The notes under the pieces: model-generated | The model's input: only the letters and a program-made list of their open reading frames with translations | Databases searched by the model: none | What the model was told of the DNA's origin: nothing | Shown here: positions 10,790-23,076 of the stretch, one piece after another | Numbering within the stretch: the stretch's first letter is position 1 | Layout of the letters: each line of letters opens with the position of its first letter | Translations under genes and position numbers: made by a program | DNA from: Mobula hypostoma | Taxonomy: Eukaryota | Length of the DNA stretch: 64,000 nucleotides | Direction: 5' to 3' | NCBI RefSeq assembly: GCF_963921235.1 | Contig: NC_086107.1 | Span: 113,586,001-113,650,000, forward strand

Positions 10790-11455
10790 TAAGACATAGG
10801 AGCAGAATTAATCCATTTGGACCATCGAACCTGCTCTACTATTCGATCAGGGCTGATTTATTTTCCCCTCTCAAACCCGTTCTCCTGCCTCCTCTCCATA
10901 ACCTGTGACACCCTTTCTAATCAAGAACCTATCAACCACTTTGAATGTACCCAATGACTCATCCTTCACAGCTGTCTGTGACAATGAACTGCACAGAATC
11001 ACCACCCTCTGGCTAAAGAAATTTCTCCTCATCTCCGACCTAAAGTGATGTCTCCTTTTCTAAGGCTGTCCCCTCTGGTCCTAGATTCCCCCACTATAGG
11101 AAACGTCCTCTCCACACCCACTCTATCTGTGCCCTCTGGTCCTAGACTCCCCCACTATAGGAAACATCCTCTCCACACCCACTCTATCTGTGCCCTCTGG
11201 TCCTAGACTCCCTCATCATAGGAAACATCTCTCCACACCCACTCTGTCAAGGCCTTTCACCGTTCAATAGGTTTCAATGAGATCCCGCCTCATTCTTCTA
11301 AACTGCAGTGAGTACAGGCCCAGAGCCATCAAATGCCCCTCGTACATTAACCCTTCCATTCCGGGGATCATTCTTGTGAACCTCTTCTGGATCCTCTCCA
11401 ATGCCAGCACATCCTTTCTTAGATAAGGAGCCAAAACTGCTCACAATACTCCAAG
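10790..11455 (-). mobile_element. CR1 3' fragment with an internal 61-bp tandem triplication
   Basis: CR1 ORF2 C-terminal sequence. The unit CCCTCTGGTCCTAGA..CCCCACTATAGGAAAC..CCTCTCCACACCCACTCTATCTGTG starts at 11071, 11132 and 11193. Confidence 0.85.
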
Positions 11456-12119
11456 AGAAAAGATTCTGGAATCTGGGGACAACCGATGCTGCCTGACCTA
11501 CTAAGTCCCTCCAGCATTTTGTGTGTGTTCCTTTCAATATTCGAAAGGTTTCAAAGAGAGTACCTTCCACACCTCCTCCACCATTTCTGAATATTTGCTT
11601 GCCTTTCTTGTCTGATTAGATGATTTAAAGGGAAAGTAATTTAGTTTGGAAGCTCATTTTCAGCTATGCTTTGGACAGTTTCACTTTGCCTCTGTTCCGC
11701 TGAGGACAGTGTAAACCCCTAGTGGGAGACACTGTAGATTCTGATTTCAAAAATAAACTTAACTTACAACAAAATTTATATACAAAAAGGAACAACAGAC
11801 TGTAAAAGTCTTTACATTTTTAGTGTCAGTTGGTCAATATACTGTATTCAATAATGGTAGTCAAAAGGGATTTCCCGATGGCCAAACTTTTTAATTTCCA
11901 TTCCCATTCCCATTCCCCTTCCAACAGGTTGATCCATGGCCTCCTCTATAAGCAACACTGGGCAGCCTCCGGCCTGATGCCAGTTCAAAGCATCACCAAG
12001 AGAGGGAGCTCTGCATTGGCCTGATCTTCCTGAGGAGGACCTGAATTTGTACAGCACAATCAGATACCTGGAAAAAAAACAGTGACAGAGTTCTAAAGTG
12101 TAGACGATGTCATCATATT

Positions 12120-12782
12120 GTCATGTCACCCTTACTTCCTTAGGAGTCTGTGGAGATTTGGCATGTCATCTAAAACTTTGACAAACTTCTATAGATGTGC
12201 AGTGGAAAGTGTATTGACTGGCTGCATCGCGGCCTGGTATGGAAACAGCAATGCCCTTGAATGGAGAATCCTACAAAAGGTAGTGGATTCATCCCAGTAC
12301 GTCATGGGTAAAACCCACCCAACCATTGAACACATCTACATGAAACACTATCGTAGGAAAGCAGCGTACATCATTAGGGACCACATCACCCAGGCCATGA
12401 TCTCTTCTCGCTGCTGCCATCACGTAGAAGGTACAAGAGCCTCAGGACTCACACCACCAGGTTCAAGAACAGTTATTACCCCTTAACCATCAGGCTGTTG
12501 AACAAAAGGGAATAACTACACTCACTTGCCCCATCATTGAAATGTTCCCACAACCAGTGATCTTACTTTAAGGGCTCTTTATCTCATTATCTCATGTTCT
12601 TGTTATTTATTTACACTTGCATTTACACACTTTGTTGTCTTCTGCACTCTGGTTGATCTTTCATTGATCCTGTTATTCTATAGTCTTGCTGAGTGTGCCC
12701 ACAGGAAAATGAATCTCAGGGTTGTATATGGTGATCTATATGTACTTTGATAATAAAATTTACTTCGAACTTTGAACTTTGA
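12120..12782 (+). mobile_element. Rex1/Babar-type LINE 3' end (second subfamily)
   Basis: YFLRSLWRFGMSSKTLTNFYRCAVESVLTGCIAAWYGN with a (GAACTTT)n tail. Relatives at 33885-34580, 49130-49800, 57180-57990 and 60960-61460. Confidence 0.85.
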
Positions 12783-13126
12783 CTCTGCAATAGCCAAGCA
12801 AGATCCCACACACACAATGGAATGCTGTTTGAGGGATGTTGATTCAGAAATTACAACTCCAGTCATCTTCAAACTCACCTGGGAATGCAGACACCTCGCG
12901 ACTGCATCTTGTCAGATGCAAATTATTTTATTTAGAGATACAGCACAGTACCAAGCTCTTTTGGCCCAATGAACTTGCGGTGCCCAATTACGCCCATGTG
13001 AACAATTAACCTACTAACCCATACATCTTGGGATGTGGGAAGAAACTGGAGCTCCCGGAGGAAGTACAGGTACTCACGGGCTGAACGTACAAACTCCTTA
13101 CAGAACTGAACTGCGATCACTGGCAT

Positions 13127-13519
13127 TAGGGCATTTTCTGGAATTGGGGTATAAAGCAAATACTGCCTTTAGACCTGGATGTGGATTGTAGATTGAATTT
13201 GAAGTGTAGCCCCGAACAATAGTTTCTTGGAGTTGTGGACATAAGTTAACTGAAAACTGGACAATGCTGATTAATATTCACTTTGGGTGTCCGTAGTGTA
13301 GGTGTGAAGAAGGAGGTGTGAAAATTGTATGTAATTCAAAGGAAGCATTGTAGATACGTTGTAACTATAGAATAGTCCTTGGAGCCTTAGCATATAAAAT
13401 GTCATGTAATATTGGGTCAAAGAGGCCTCTTCCTCCGATAGTGTCTCATTTTGTTGAATGAAACACTCCTGGATCCACTAGCTTCAGTGTCCCTCTGGTG
13501 ACTTTGCTCAAGCTACAAC
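13127..13519 (+). mobile_element. LTR-like repeat inserted in a SINE
   Basis: Splits a SINE, contains TATAAAA and ends in ACAACA. A homologous inverted copy lies at ~34777-35553, itself split by a SINE. No clear TSD. Confidence 0.45.
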
Positions 13520-13645
13520 AGCAGGCACTGTAAAGCGTTATACTCTCCACTACGCTGTCCAGCAGAGCTGTGACAAGTCTGCGCTCTGCAAGTTAACACT
13601 ATGTGGATTCTTGGAGATATCCATGAAAGGAGAGGAGTTGCTTAC

Positions 13646-13724
13646 CCTCGGTCACCTTTTGGCCAAGGACAAAGACCAGTGAGAATAGTGTCCACACAAA
13701 GATGGGTCGTCCTCTACCGAACAT
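13646..13724 (-). CDS. CSF2RB: CSF2RB-like cytokine receptor, first coding exon (signal peptide)
   Basis: ATG at 13724 gives MFGRGRPIFVWTLFSLVFVLGQKVTE+G: basic N-terminus and hydrophobic core. Ends at a phase-1 donor G|GTAAGC. The pyrimidine-rich acceptor (ctttctgctctttgccgccag) puts the exon start at 13795, so it carries 5'UTR. Phase fits the next exon. Confidence 0.8.
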
Positions 13725-14189
13725 CTTGAAAATCCTTGTTACTTCCTTTTCTCTAATGTTTCTTCTGAGGGAACCGCAGCTTCGTCTCTGTGTCACTGGC
13801 GGCAAAGAGCAGAAAGTTCCATTAGCTCAACAACAAACTGAGTGATTCTATATAACTGTGACTCAAAAGACAGCAAACAGTGGAAATCTGAAATAACAAA
13901 GGGCAAACGCTGGAAACACTCATCAGGTTAGGCAGCATCTGTGGAGGGAGAAACTTAATGCTTCATAGAGACACATGTGGATGCTAGAATCTACAGCAAC
14001 ACACAAAATACTGGAGGAATTCAGCTGGTCAGGCAGCATCTGTGGAGGGAAATGGGCAGTCGATGTCCTAATGAAGGTTTTCAACCTGAAACGGAGACAA
14101 AGGGCTTCCAGTCTAAAATATTAACCATGTCTCTCTCTCCACAGATGCTGCCTGACCCCGGCTGAGTGCTTTCAGTGTTTTCCCTTTCA

Positions 14190-14815
14190 GTCTGTGTATG
14201 AGCATGTGTGTGAGAGAGACAGAGGAATGGAGAGAGACCAGCAGAGATGGAGTAGGAGTAGAAGTGAGAAAGACTGGAGGAGAGAGATGTGAGTGTGTGT
14301 GTGAGAGAGAGGGAGAATGTGAGAGTGAGTGTGTGAGTGAGAGTGAGAAGGGAAGACAGAGAGAGGGAATGTGGGAGTGTGTGTGAGAGAGTAAATGTGA
14401 GTGTGTAAGAGGGGGAATGTGAAAGTGAGTATGTGTAAGAGAGAGAGAGGGAAGAGAGAGAGAGTGGGAATATGACAGTGTGTGTCTGAGGGAGAGACAG
14501 GGCATGTGAGAGTGAGTGTGTGAGAGAGAGAGAGACAGAGAGAGAGAGACAGAGATGAAGTAAAGGTGAAAAGACTGAAGGAGAAAGAGGTCTGTGTATG
14601 TGTGTGTGTGTGTACATGTGTGTGTACGTGTGTGTAAATGTGTGTGTAGTGTGTGTGTACATGCATGTATGTGTATCAGTGTGTAAGTGTGTGTGTGTAC
14701 GTGTGTACACATGTGTGTGTACATGTGTGTATGTGTGTGTGTACGTGTGTGTGTGTGCGTGTGTGTGTATGAGAGAGCGGGCGGGAGGGAGTGAGTGAGT
14801 GAGTGTGTATACATG
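14190..14815. repeat. GA/GT low-complexity microsatellite block
   Basis: Direct observation. Confidence 0.9.
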
Positions 14816-14929
14816 AATCAACAGTACATGAATGTGTTTAGGCATGTGTAAGGGAGCACACATTATATGAGTCTGCTGTGGAAAGCGTGGACCCCCGGCC
14901 TCATGTCCAACTACGGTATATTTCAGTAT

Positions 14930-15440
14930 GCTTACTCATTCTTTGCATAGTCATTTATTTACATATTGTATGTTCCTATCCTTGTGGACAAGAAGGGAAT
15001 TATCTGGATACGAATGCGGATAAAACTGGGGCTTACGATTACAGCAATCAACGGAATAAAGATATTGAAAACTGTCAAACAAAGAGCTGTGTTTGTACTG
15101 TCAGGAGAGCAATAGGCATTGTTCAAATTGGCGCTGTTATATTTATAGTTCTGAGAGCAGATTGAGCAGCAGATAAGTTTCTGTGGGCAGGGACGATATC
15201 CAGGCAAAGGCAAAGAACCGGACAGAGAGAGAGTTGAAGAGTCACAGTGGTTCTATTTCTTCAGTATCTTAAAATCTCTGTGAGGCTGTAAGTTTCCTGA
15301 TAGTGGGTAAAGTTACAAGAAAGATAAGATGCGGTTTCACAACTGTAAAGCTCCCTCCTTGTTCCTTTACAACCAGACTCAAGAAACAGCCTGAGGAAAT
15401 GGGCCAGGCACTTCTGCCCTTCAAGTCTCTCCTATCACTG
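14930..15440 (-). promoter_or_regulatory. Candidate promoter / non-coding first exon region of the receptor gene
   Basis: Non-repetitive block upstream of the signal-peptide exon. Minus-strand GTAAGC donors near 14935 and 15036. Motifs: AGATAAG (GATA) at ~15171 and ~15322, TGCGGT (RUNX) at ~15330, GAGGAA (ETS/PU.1) at ~15393. Confidence 0.4.
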
Positions 15441-15687
15441 GTGAAGCACAAAGGCAACAATTGCGTCATGACAGCCTCCAAGCAGGTTACGCTCAATTTG
15501 ATCCCTTTAACCATTCGATCCTTGAACCGTCTGCTACAAGATTCAAGACTGTTTAATGTCATTTCCAGTACACAAGAGTAAAGGAGATCAAAATTATTGC
15601 TACTCCGGATCCGATGCAGCACAAAAAAATGATAAACAACACAATATATACATAAGATAGATTAAGCAGTAATGTGCAAAAGTTTAG

Positions 15688-15980
15688 GCGCACACTCACA
15701 CACACACGCACACGCACACACACGCACACACACACTCACAAACACGCACACGCACACACACACACACACACGCACACACACGCACACACACACTCACACA
15801 CACTCACGCACACGCACACGCGCACACACACTCACACGCGCACGCACACACACACGCACACACACACGCACACACACACACACACGCACACACACACACG
15901 CACACACGCACACACACACACGCGCACACACACACGCACGCACACACACGCACGCACACACACACACACACACACACTCA
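15688..15980. repeat. (CA)/(CG) compound microsatellite
   Basis: Alternating purine-pyrimidine tract of ~290 bp. Confidence 0.95.
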
Positions 15981-16479
15981 TATATAGCTAGGGTGCCCAA
16001 GTTATTTGTACAGTACTGTATCTATACACTGATCATATATCTTTACAGTGTATATACCGTACATTCCTTTCAGATTTTATATACATACAAAAGACACAAC
16101 GCTAAATTGAAATCAATTGAACTGAAACAAAAAAACTGAACACTCCCAGACTGTTTCAAGGACTCTGTGGTTTGATGTTGTAAATTCTGTGTGTTTTCTC
16201 ACTCATTTTTTTTGCCCATTTGCACAATTTGTTCACTTTTTTGCACATTGGATGTACGATGTTTTCTTTGAACAGGTCCCACGGTGTTTCACTGTTTCGT
16301 GGCTGTCTGTGGGAAGGTGAATCTCAGGGTTTTATACTGCACACGTATTTTGATAATAAATGTACTTTGAATCTTTGAATCAAAGATTCCGTGGCCTTCT
16401 TCTCTGGGCCAGAAGTAGTACCCATCCTTTCTCTCATCGTCGGTCTCCGGACAATGGCTGGGTGCCACCGTAGTGTAGT

Positions 16480-17940
16480 CCCAGGTCATCTCTGCCCACG
16501 AGCTGAGACTGGAGTCAAAGATTTCCTGGGACTTAGGTGGACTGGCATTTATAGGATTCCCTGTGAATGCGGAGCAGTGTATATCGGCCAGAGGGGGGAG
16601 ACGGAGGAAACCTGCATCAAGGAGCACAGGAGATCTATGTGTTTGTGTCACCCCGAGAAATCGGCTGTAGCAGGACACTGCGTTCGTGATGGCTATAAGA
16701 TTAACTTCAACAGCACAGAACTACTGTGTCACACAAATGGCTTTTGGGACCGCCTAGTAAAGGAAGCCGTTCAAATAAAACTGGAGGAAAAGAATTTTAA
16801 CAAGACGAAAGGTCTCACTCTAATTAAGAATTGGAATTTGACAATAGACAATAGACAATAGGTGCAGGAGTAGGCCATTTGGCTCTTCGAGCCAGCACCG
16901 CCATTCACTGTGATCATGGCTGATCATCCACAATCAGTATCCAGTTCCTGCCTTATCCCCATAGCTTTTGATTCCGCTATCTTTAAGAGCTCTATCCATC
17001 TCTTTCTTGAAAGCATCCAGAAACTTGGCCTCCACAGCCTTCTGGGGCAGAGCATTCCATATATCCACCACTCTCTGGGTGAAAAAGTTTTTCATCAACT
17101 CTGTTCTAAATGGCCTACCCCTAATTCTTAAACTGTGACCTCTGGTTCTGGACTCACCCATCAGCAGGAACATCCTTCCTGCCTCCAGCGTGTCCAATCC
17201 CTTAATAATCTTATATGTTTCAATAAGATCCCCTCTCAGCCTTCTAAATTCCAGAGTATACAAGCCCAGTCGCTCCAATCTTTCGACATATGACAGTCCC
17301 ACCATCCTGGGAATTAACCTTGTGAACCTACGTTGCACTCTCTCAATAGCAAGAATGTCCTTCGTCAAATTTGGAGAGCAAAACTGCACACAGTACTCCA
17401 GGTGTGATCTCACCAGGGCCCTGTACAACTGCAGAAGGACCTCTTTGCTCTTATACTAAATTCCCCTTGTTATGAAGGCCAGCATGTCATTAGCTTTCTT
17501 CACTGCCTGCTGTACTTGCATGCTTGCTTTCAGTGACTGATGAACAAGAACACCTAGATCTCGTTGTACTTACTCTTTTCTTAACTTGACTCCATTTAGA
17601 TAATAATCTGCCTTCCTGTTCTTACCACCTAAGTGGATAACCTCACATTTATCCACATTAAACTGCATCTGCCCACTCACCCAGCCTGTCCAAGTCACCC
17701 TGCATCCTCATAACATCCTCCTCACATTTGATTGTAAACAAATTGGGACAGCGGAAACCTGATTGGACGAGAGCTAACCTGTCGGGAAGAATCGATTACA
17801 GGACTAGACATGCCAGGCACATTATCCTTGAAGAAAATGTTAGAGATTGTCATCAAAATGTTGGTTGTAATCGATACCTGAACTGCTGGAAGCCCAAGAG
17901 TTTATTCATCATATACACTGGAAAGCACTAGATCTCTTTT
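16480..17940 (+). mobile_element. Penelope-like element 3' part (GIY-YIG), interrupted by CR1
   Basis: GIYRIPCECGAVYIGQ...IKEH...SAVAGHC...LVKEAVQI...NFNK..GLTL..NWNL. The frame resumes as IVNKLG at 17731, after the CR1. Confidence 0.85.
16842..17725 (-). mobile_element. CR1 LINE 3' fragment with TSD
   Basis: LYRALVRSHLEYCVQF...[13 protein letters not shown]...NFFTQRVVDIWNALP, a (TCTATTG)n tail, and the TSD ATTTGA on both sides. Confidence 0.9.
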
Positions 17941-18069
17941 TTTACTTCAAAGCAATTTCGGCTATTTTGCTCTTAAACCTAATCTGTCATTCGATACCTT
18001 TATATGATAAAGATCTAGACCTGAAATTCACAATCATATGGCTTCCTCAAGCACCTTTGTTCTGCCTTT

Positions 18070-18612
18070 CACTAAAGGTGGGATTTCCTGGTGGCCAGCC
18101 AGCTTAATTCCACTCCCCATTCCAATTCCGACAGGTTGATCCATGGCCTCCTTTGTGATCATAATGAGATATCTCTCAGGTTGGAGGAGCAGCACCTCAC
18201 ATTCTGTCTGGGTAGCTTCTAACCTGATGGCATAAATATCAATTTCTCTATCTTCTGGTCATTTACCCCGCTTCCCCTTTCTCCCTTTTTCCCAATCTGG
18301 CTCCCCTCTTGCCCCCTCTCTTCTCCTTCTGGAGTGACTCCTCCTTCTCTTTCTCCCATGATTCACTGCCCTCTCCTCGATCAGATTCCTTTTCCTCCAA
18401 TCCTTTACCCCTTCCACCAATCACCTCCCAGCTTCGTACTTCATCCCCCCTCTCACACCCACCCACCTTCCCCCTCACCTGCCACTCCCCCTACTTCTGA
18501 CTTCTTCCCCCTTTCTTTCCAGTCTTTATAAAATGCCTCAGCCCCAAAGCATCTTACTCCCCTCCACTGATGCTGCCTGATCTGCTGATTTCCTCCAGCA
18601 TTTTGTGTGTGT
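18070..18612 (+). mobile_element. Degenerate Penelope-like 3' fragment
   Basis: Similar to 7020-7590 (LEEQHLTFCLGSF.PDG.NI and the terminal repeat). Confidence 0.7.
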
Positions 18613-18649
18613 TACTCATCGCCAACCTTGTCAACTGGAGTGTGAGGGA

Positions 18650-19155
18650 GAGGGTTTAGAGAGGGCCCAGAGAAGGTTCACGAGAATGATCCTGGGAGTG
18701 AAAGGGTTAATGTATGAGGGGCATTTGATGGTGCTGGGCCTGTACTCACTGGAGTTTAGAAGAATGAGGGGAGATCTCAGTGAAACCTATTGAATATTGA
18801 AAGATCTGGATAGAGTGGATGTGGAGAGGATGTTTCCTCTCGTGGGGGAGTCCAAGACCAGAGAGCACAGGCTCAGAATAGGGAGATATTCTTTTAGAAC
18901 AGAGATGAGGGGGAATTTCTTTAGCCAGAGGATGGTGAACCTGTGGAATTTATTGCCACAGACAGCTGTGGAGGGCAAGTCACTGGGTATATTTGAAGCA
19001 GAAGTTGATAGGTTCTAGATTAGTCAGGGTGCTACAGGTTACAGGGAGAAGCCAGGAGAATGGGGTTGAGAGGGATAATAAATTTGCTATGATGGAACCG
19101 TGGAACAGACTTGATGGGCTGAATGGCCTAATTCTGCTCCTATATCTGAGGGTCT
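18650..19155 (+). mobile_element. CR1 3' fragment directly upstream of the pseudo-exon
   Basis: LERAQRRFTRMI...LEFRRMRGDL...RGNFFSQRMVNLWNLLP. Confidence 0.88.
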
Positions 19156-19199
19156 GTGAAGATTTTTGCTGTGATACCTGTTTCTCCCCATCACCCTAG

Positions 19200-19323
19200 G
19201 GCCAAATGTAAACAGCTTGAGGTGTTACAATATGCCGACTATATCTCCAAGATCGACTGCCAGTGGATTGAAGATACGACAGCAAACTGTTACCTCCCAA
19301 TGGATCTGCACTATCAGAAACTA
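19200..19323 (+). pseudogene. Inverted duplicate of CSF2RB-like coding exon 2, frameshifted
   Basis: By manual alignment about 98/118 nt match the reverse complement of 10612-10729. The acceptor context is shared (tcaccctag). A 5-nt insertion (ATATG, 19230-19234) breaks the frame. Confidence 0.85.
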
Positions 19324-20268
19324 GTAAGAGCATCAAACAAGAGAAGGAGCCGAGGGGGATAATAAATCAGCCAGGATAGAACTGTAAAGCAGACTGGAAG
19401 GGAATTCTGTTCTTTTGGTCTTATAGTTTGCAGTGGAAGGTGATGTCCAGTACAAAAGTGGGACAAGTGAAGCCTCTTTGAACTCCAGCCTACAAGTAGG
19501 CTACAATTGGATTTCTTGAGGATGCAGTGTCCTTTCGATGGTTAAAAGGTTAAATGTCATGCAAAATAGGGGTAAGCAGTGTGAATACTGTAAACTGAAT
19601 CATCAGTATCACAAGATCCTCCCACCACTACCTCATCTGTTGGCCCAGTCAGTTTCATTTTAGAATTAATACATTGTCCAGAAGAGGCTTTCTTTTTTTT
19701 ACCCAAGAGCTTTCATAATCAGAGAATACAAAGAAGAAAACTTTTCCACTTCTCTACTACAAACTTTTTTTTCCCCACAGAAATCAGGTTATTTTAGATC
19801 TTATTTTTCCAGTTAAGAGTTCGATGTATTATTGCATCATATGTCACAGAAAGGCAGAGAAATGCTAAAGAGGAACTCAGAAGTTGCTTGGAAATGATTT
19901 TGTGCTGATTTGTGCTGGAAGGGCCAGAAAGCAGTCTGAGTAAAGTTGGAGGTGGACTCAGATGCCCGCACACCAGCTGTAGCAGGGTTTGCAGGCCATT
20001 ACGTCCACAGAAGGCATGCCAGTGGCTATAGTTCATCAGGAGCTTGAGGAGATTTGGTACGCCACCAGAGACTCTAGTGAAATTCTGCCCATGTAGCATG
20101 GAGAGCAGTCTGACTCGCTACATCACCATCCCGTACGGAGGGGCCACTGCACAGGATCGGAAAAAGCTGCAGAGGACTGTAAACTCAGACAGCTCCATCA
20201 CGGGTATTAGGCTCTCCAGCATCAAGAACATTTTCAAGAGGTGGGGGCTCAAGCAGGTGGCACCCTTG

Positions 20269-21126
20269 TGTTACGAGAATACACATAAAATTAAGATGTT
20301 TGCTGGCCTGGGCTAGCATCAGTGGCATCAGCAGTTGGTCTGCCACCTGCCCTCAGGGGAAGGAGAGATAAGGAACAATGGAGCAGCGTCTGGAGATGTG
20401 TAATGAAGGGATGTGGGAGGAAGAGCTGTCTGGAGCGGCTCCCCCCTTTGAACCCTGAACTGTTTGAAGTGATGGACAGGCGATACCCCAGCAGGGGGAT
20501 AAAAAGGGACAGGTTCGCTAAGGCAGACACACACGCCACCCGAGGTAACGAGACCCTGGAAGCGGTACGCTTCTCACGAGTGGGTGAGAAGTCCCAGACA
20601 ACGCACAGGGTGGAAAGGTACGATCAGCGGGAACCCGGTGTGTGTCCGCCCTTGCCTGGGTGCCGGGTTCACTGCAGAGGATCGACCGCATCTGGAGGAG
20701 GGGTCACAGTCGGTGACCTCAGGTGACATCACCAAGGACCCGCCCAAAAAGCTGTTTGTGAGCCATCTCGCTGGTCTGTGAGTGAAGCTGTGCTGAATGA
20801 TCAGTTGTTCCTATTCTGTCTCTCTTCCCCCACCTTGTCCATCGCCATGGCAACGATTACTGCGAACTGAACTACTAACTGGACTGAACTTTGAGTCATT
20901 TTGAAATTGGTCATTTACCCCTAGACAACGATAGAGCTTGATTGATGCTGTTATCTTAATTCTGTGCACATGTGTGGTTATCATTGTTGAATTGTTGCAT
21001 TTATTATCCTTTCGATTACTGTGTTGCTTGTTTCTTTAATAAAACTTTCTTAGTTCTAGTACTCCAGACTCCAACTGAGTGATCCATTTCTGCTGGTTTG
21101 GCAACCCAGTTACGGGGTACGTAACA
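20269..21126 (+). mobile_element. Solo LTR (858 bp), probably Gypsy/ERV-type
   Basis: Inverted ends TGTTACG...CGTAACA, perfect 4-bp TSD CTTG, GGATAAAA at ~20498, AATAAA at ~21038. Splits a Rex/Babar fragment that resumes at 21127. Confidence 0.85.
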
Positions 21127-22414
21127 CTTGCCATCTGGCACATGCCCCTTTCTCATCACTGCCATCAGGGAGGAGGTAAAGGAGACAGAAGACAAACACT
21201 CAACGTTTTAGGAACAGTTTCTTCCCTTCTGCCATCAGATATCCGAATGAACAATAAACCCACGAACACTACCACACCAATTTGTTCTCTTTTTGTATTG
21301 TTTTTAAAAATGTTTCTCATTGTAACTTCAATGAGATTCTTTTTCTTTGCAAACATCCATGAGAACACAGGCGTGCCCCAGGAATGAGTGACATTTAAAT
21401 GTTAAAACTTCAAAGGACTCCATCCCCAGCTCCCGCCTCCCACATGCAAGCAGCAACAAGGCAATGACCCACCCTCCCAACCCCCCACCAGTAAAAAAAG
21501 CATCAACACTCCCCGCCGAGCATTCAAGCGTGCAACTAAACATCACTAAAGGCACAGATTTGCAGTACCCCAAAGACTACTTGTTCACCCGGTAATTCAA
21601 CATTCCACAGGCTCTCCCTCTTCCTAATAAGGAAAGAAGAGCTGTTGCTGTTTCACTTATAATTACAAATGCCTATGACTTATAATTAGGTGCCTGTACT
21701 GCTGCCATGGAGCAACAAAATTTAACAACATTCGGTAGTGAGAATAAATCTGATTCTGGTTCTGAAGGGGTGCAGACATGATGAGGTAGTTTCATCAACA
21801 TCCTCTTCCCAAATACTGCCACTCCAATCTCTGTTATCCCCCTCTTCAGTCCAATCTGGAACATTGCCCAATCTTACACTTCAACCACCAATCAGGGAAG
21901 TGGATGGCACTGCCTTGCATGTAGAAACTTCCCTGGTCTCTACCCTAATCCTCTTCTCTGTCTTGTTTCCATGGTTACTTACTCTTCAATCGCCACTGGT
22001 TGGAAGAACCTTGCTTTCATCAAACCTGCTCCATCCCAAAGCAGGTTATAATCTTCAGATGAAGGGTCTCGGCTTGAAATGTTGACTGTTCGTTCCCATC
22101 CATAGGTGCTGCCTGACCTGCTGAGCTCCTCCAGCACATTGTGTGTATTGCTCTAGATTCCCAGCACCTGCAGTGCCTCTTGTGTCTATAAGGCTCCGGT
22201 TCAATTCTGTCCTCACCAAACCTCTCTTTGGATACACTCTTACTGGATATCACCTTCTCTTTGATCCCTGATGCTCTCCACTCACAGGCCAAAGATCTTA
22301 ACACTTTATTAATAACGATTGACACTAACAATGCTAACAATGGAGAGGCGAGCAAAGAGTGTTCGAGGAAAGCAGAGGCAGAGGTGAGACATGGTCATAG
22401 CAAGTGGAGATGAG

Positions 22415-22600
22415 CGATGGCGGAGGCTCAGGGAAGGCCTAGAGTGAGAAGCTGGCTCAGGTGGTGATGGAGGCTCAGGGAAGGCCTGGTTGTGGGAAGC
22501 CAAGACAAGTGGTGATGGAGGCTCAGGGAAGGCCTGGTTGTGGGAAGCTGAGATAAGCTGTGGCAGAGGAACAGGGAAGGACTGATTGTGGGAAGCAGAG
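22415..22600. repeat. ~48-bp tandem repeat, about 4 copies
   Basis: Unit GATGGAGGCTCAGGGAAGGCCTGGTTGTGGGAAGC.... Confidence 0.8.
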
Positions 22601-23010
22601 TCGGGGCATCCCTGAAAATGAGGGAAGTCCTGATGTCTGATCAATTTAAGCACTGGGCTGAACTGGAAAGGTTGGACACGGACCGAATCATGGTGGTGTG
22701 GTCCAGGCCCCAGAATGGTCTGACAGCGTGGAACGACCCGATGTCTGGACGATTCAAGTGCTGGGCCGGATTAAAAAGGCCGGGGCGTTGGGACCAGAGG
22801 CAAGGCGAGGGCCGGTTCTGCTCACTGATCCGTGACGTTTACTCAGCTCTACGCTGAAATGCAGTGCCGGCTGCAGTGATGCCCAGCTTTATGTCTGTGT
22901 CTCACAACGTTTACTGGGCTTTGCAATGAACTGATGCTGCTGCAGTGACGTCTGGCTTCCTGTCTTTCATAAAAATTCCGAAGCTATTTGCTTACTTTTA
23001 TTATTTGCAT

Positions 23011-23012
<2 letters not shown>

Positions 23013-23056
<44 letters not shown>

Positions 23057-23076
23057 TCCCTCTCCCTCTCCCTCTC
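23013..23076. repeat. (CT)n/(CTCCCT)n microsatellite
   Basis: Direct observation. Confidence 0.95.

Noticed and set aside
11071..11248. CRISPR-like regular repeats
   Set aside because: A head-to-tail tandem triplication within CR1, with no unique spacers, in a eukaryotic context. Likewise the 22415-22600 array.
19434..19572. Possible second pseudo-exon downstream of the duplicate (AG...GTAAGC; KRLNVMQN versus KSFQLMEN)
   Set aside because: Stops in all frames, and the similarity to exon 3 is too weak to support.
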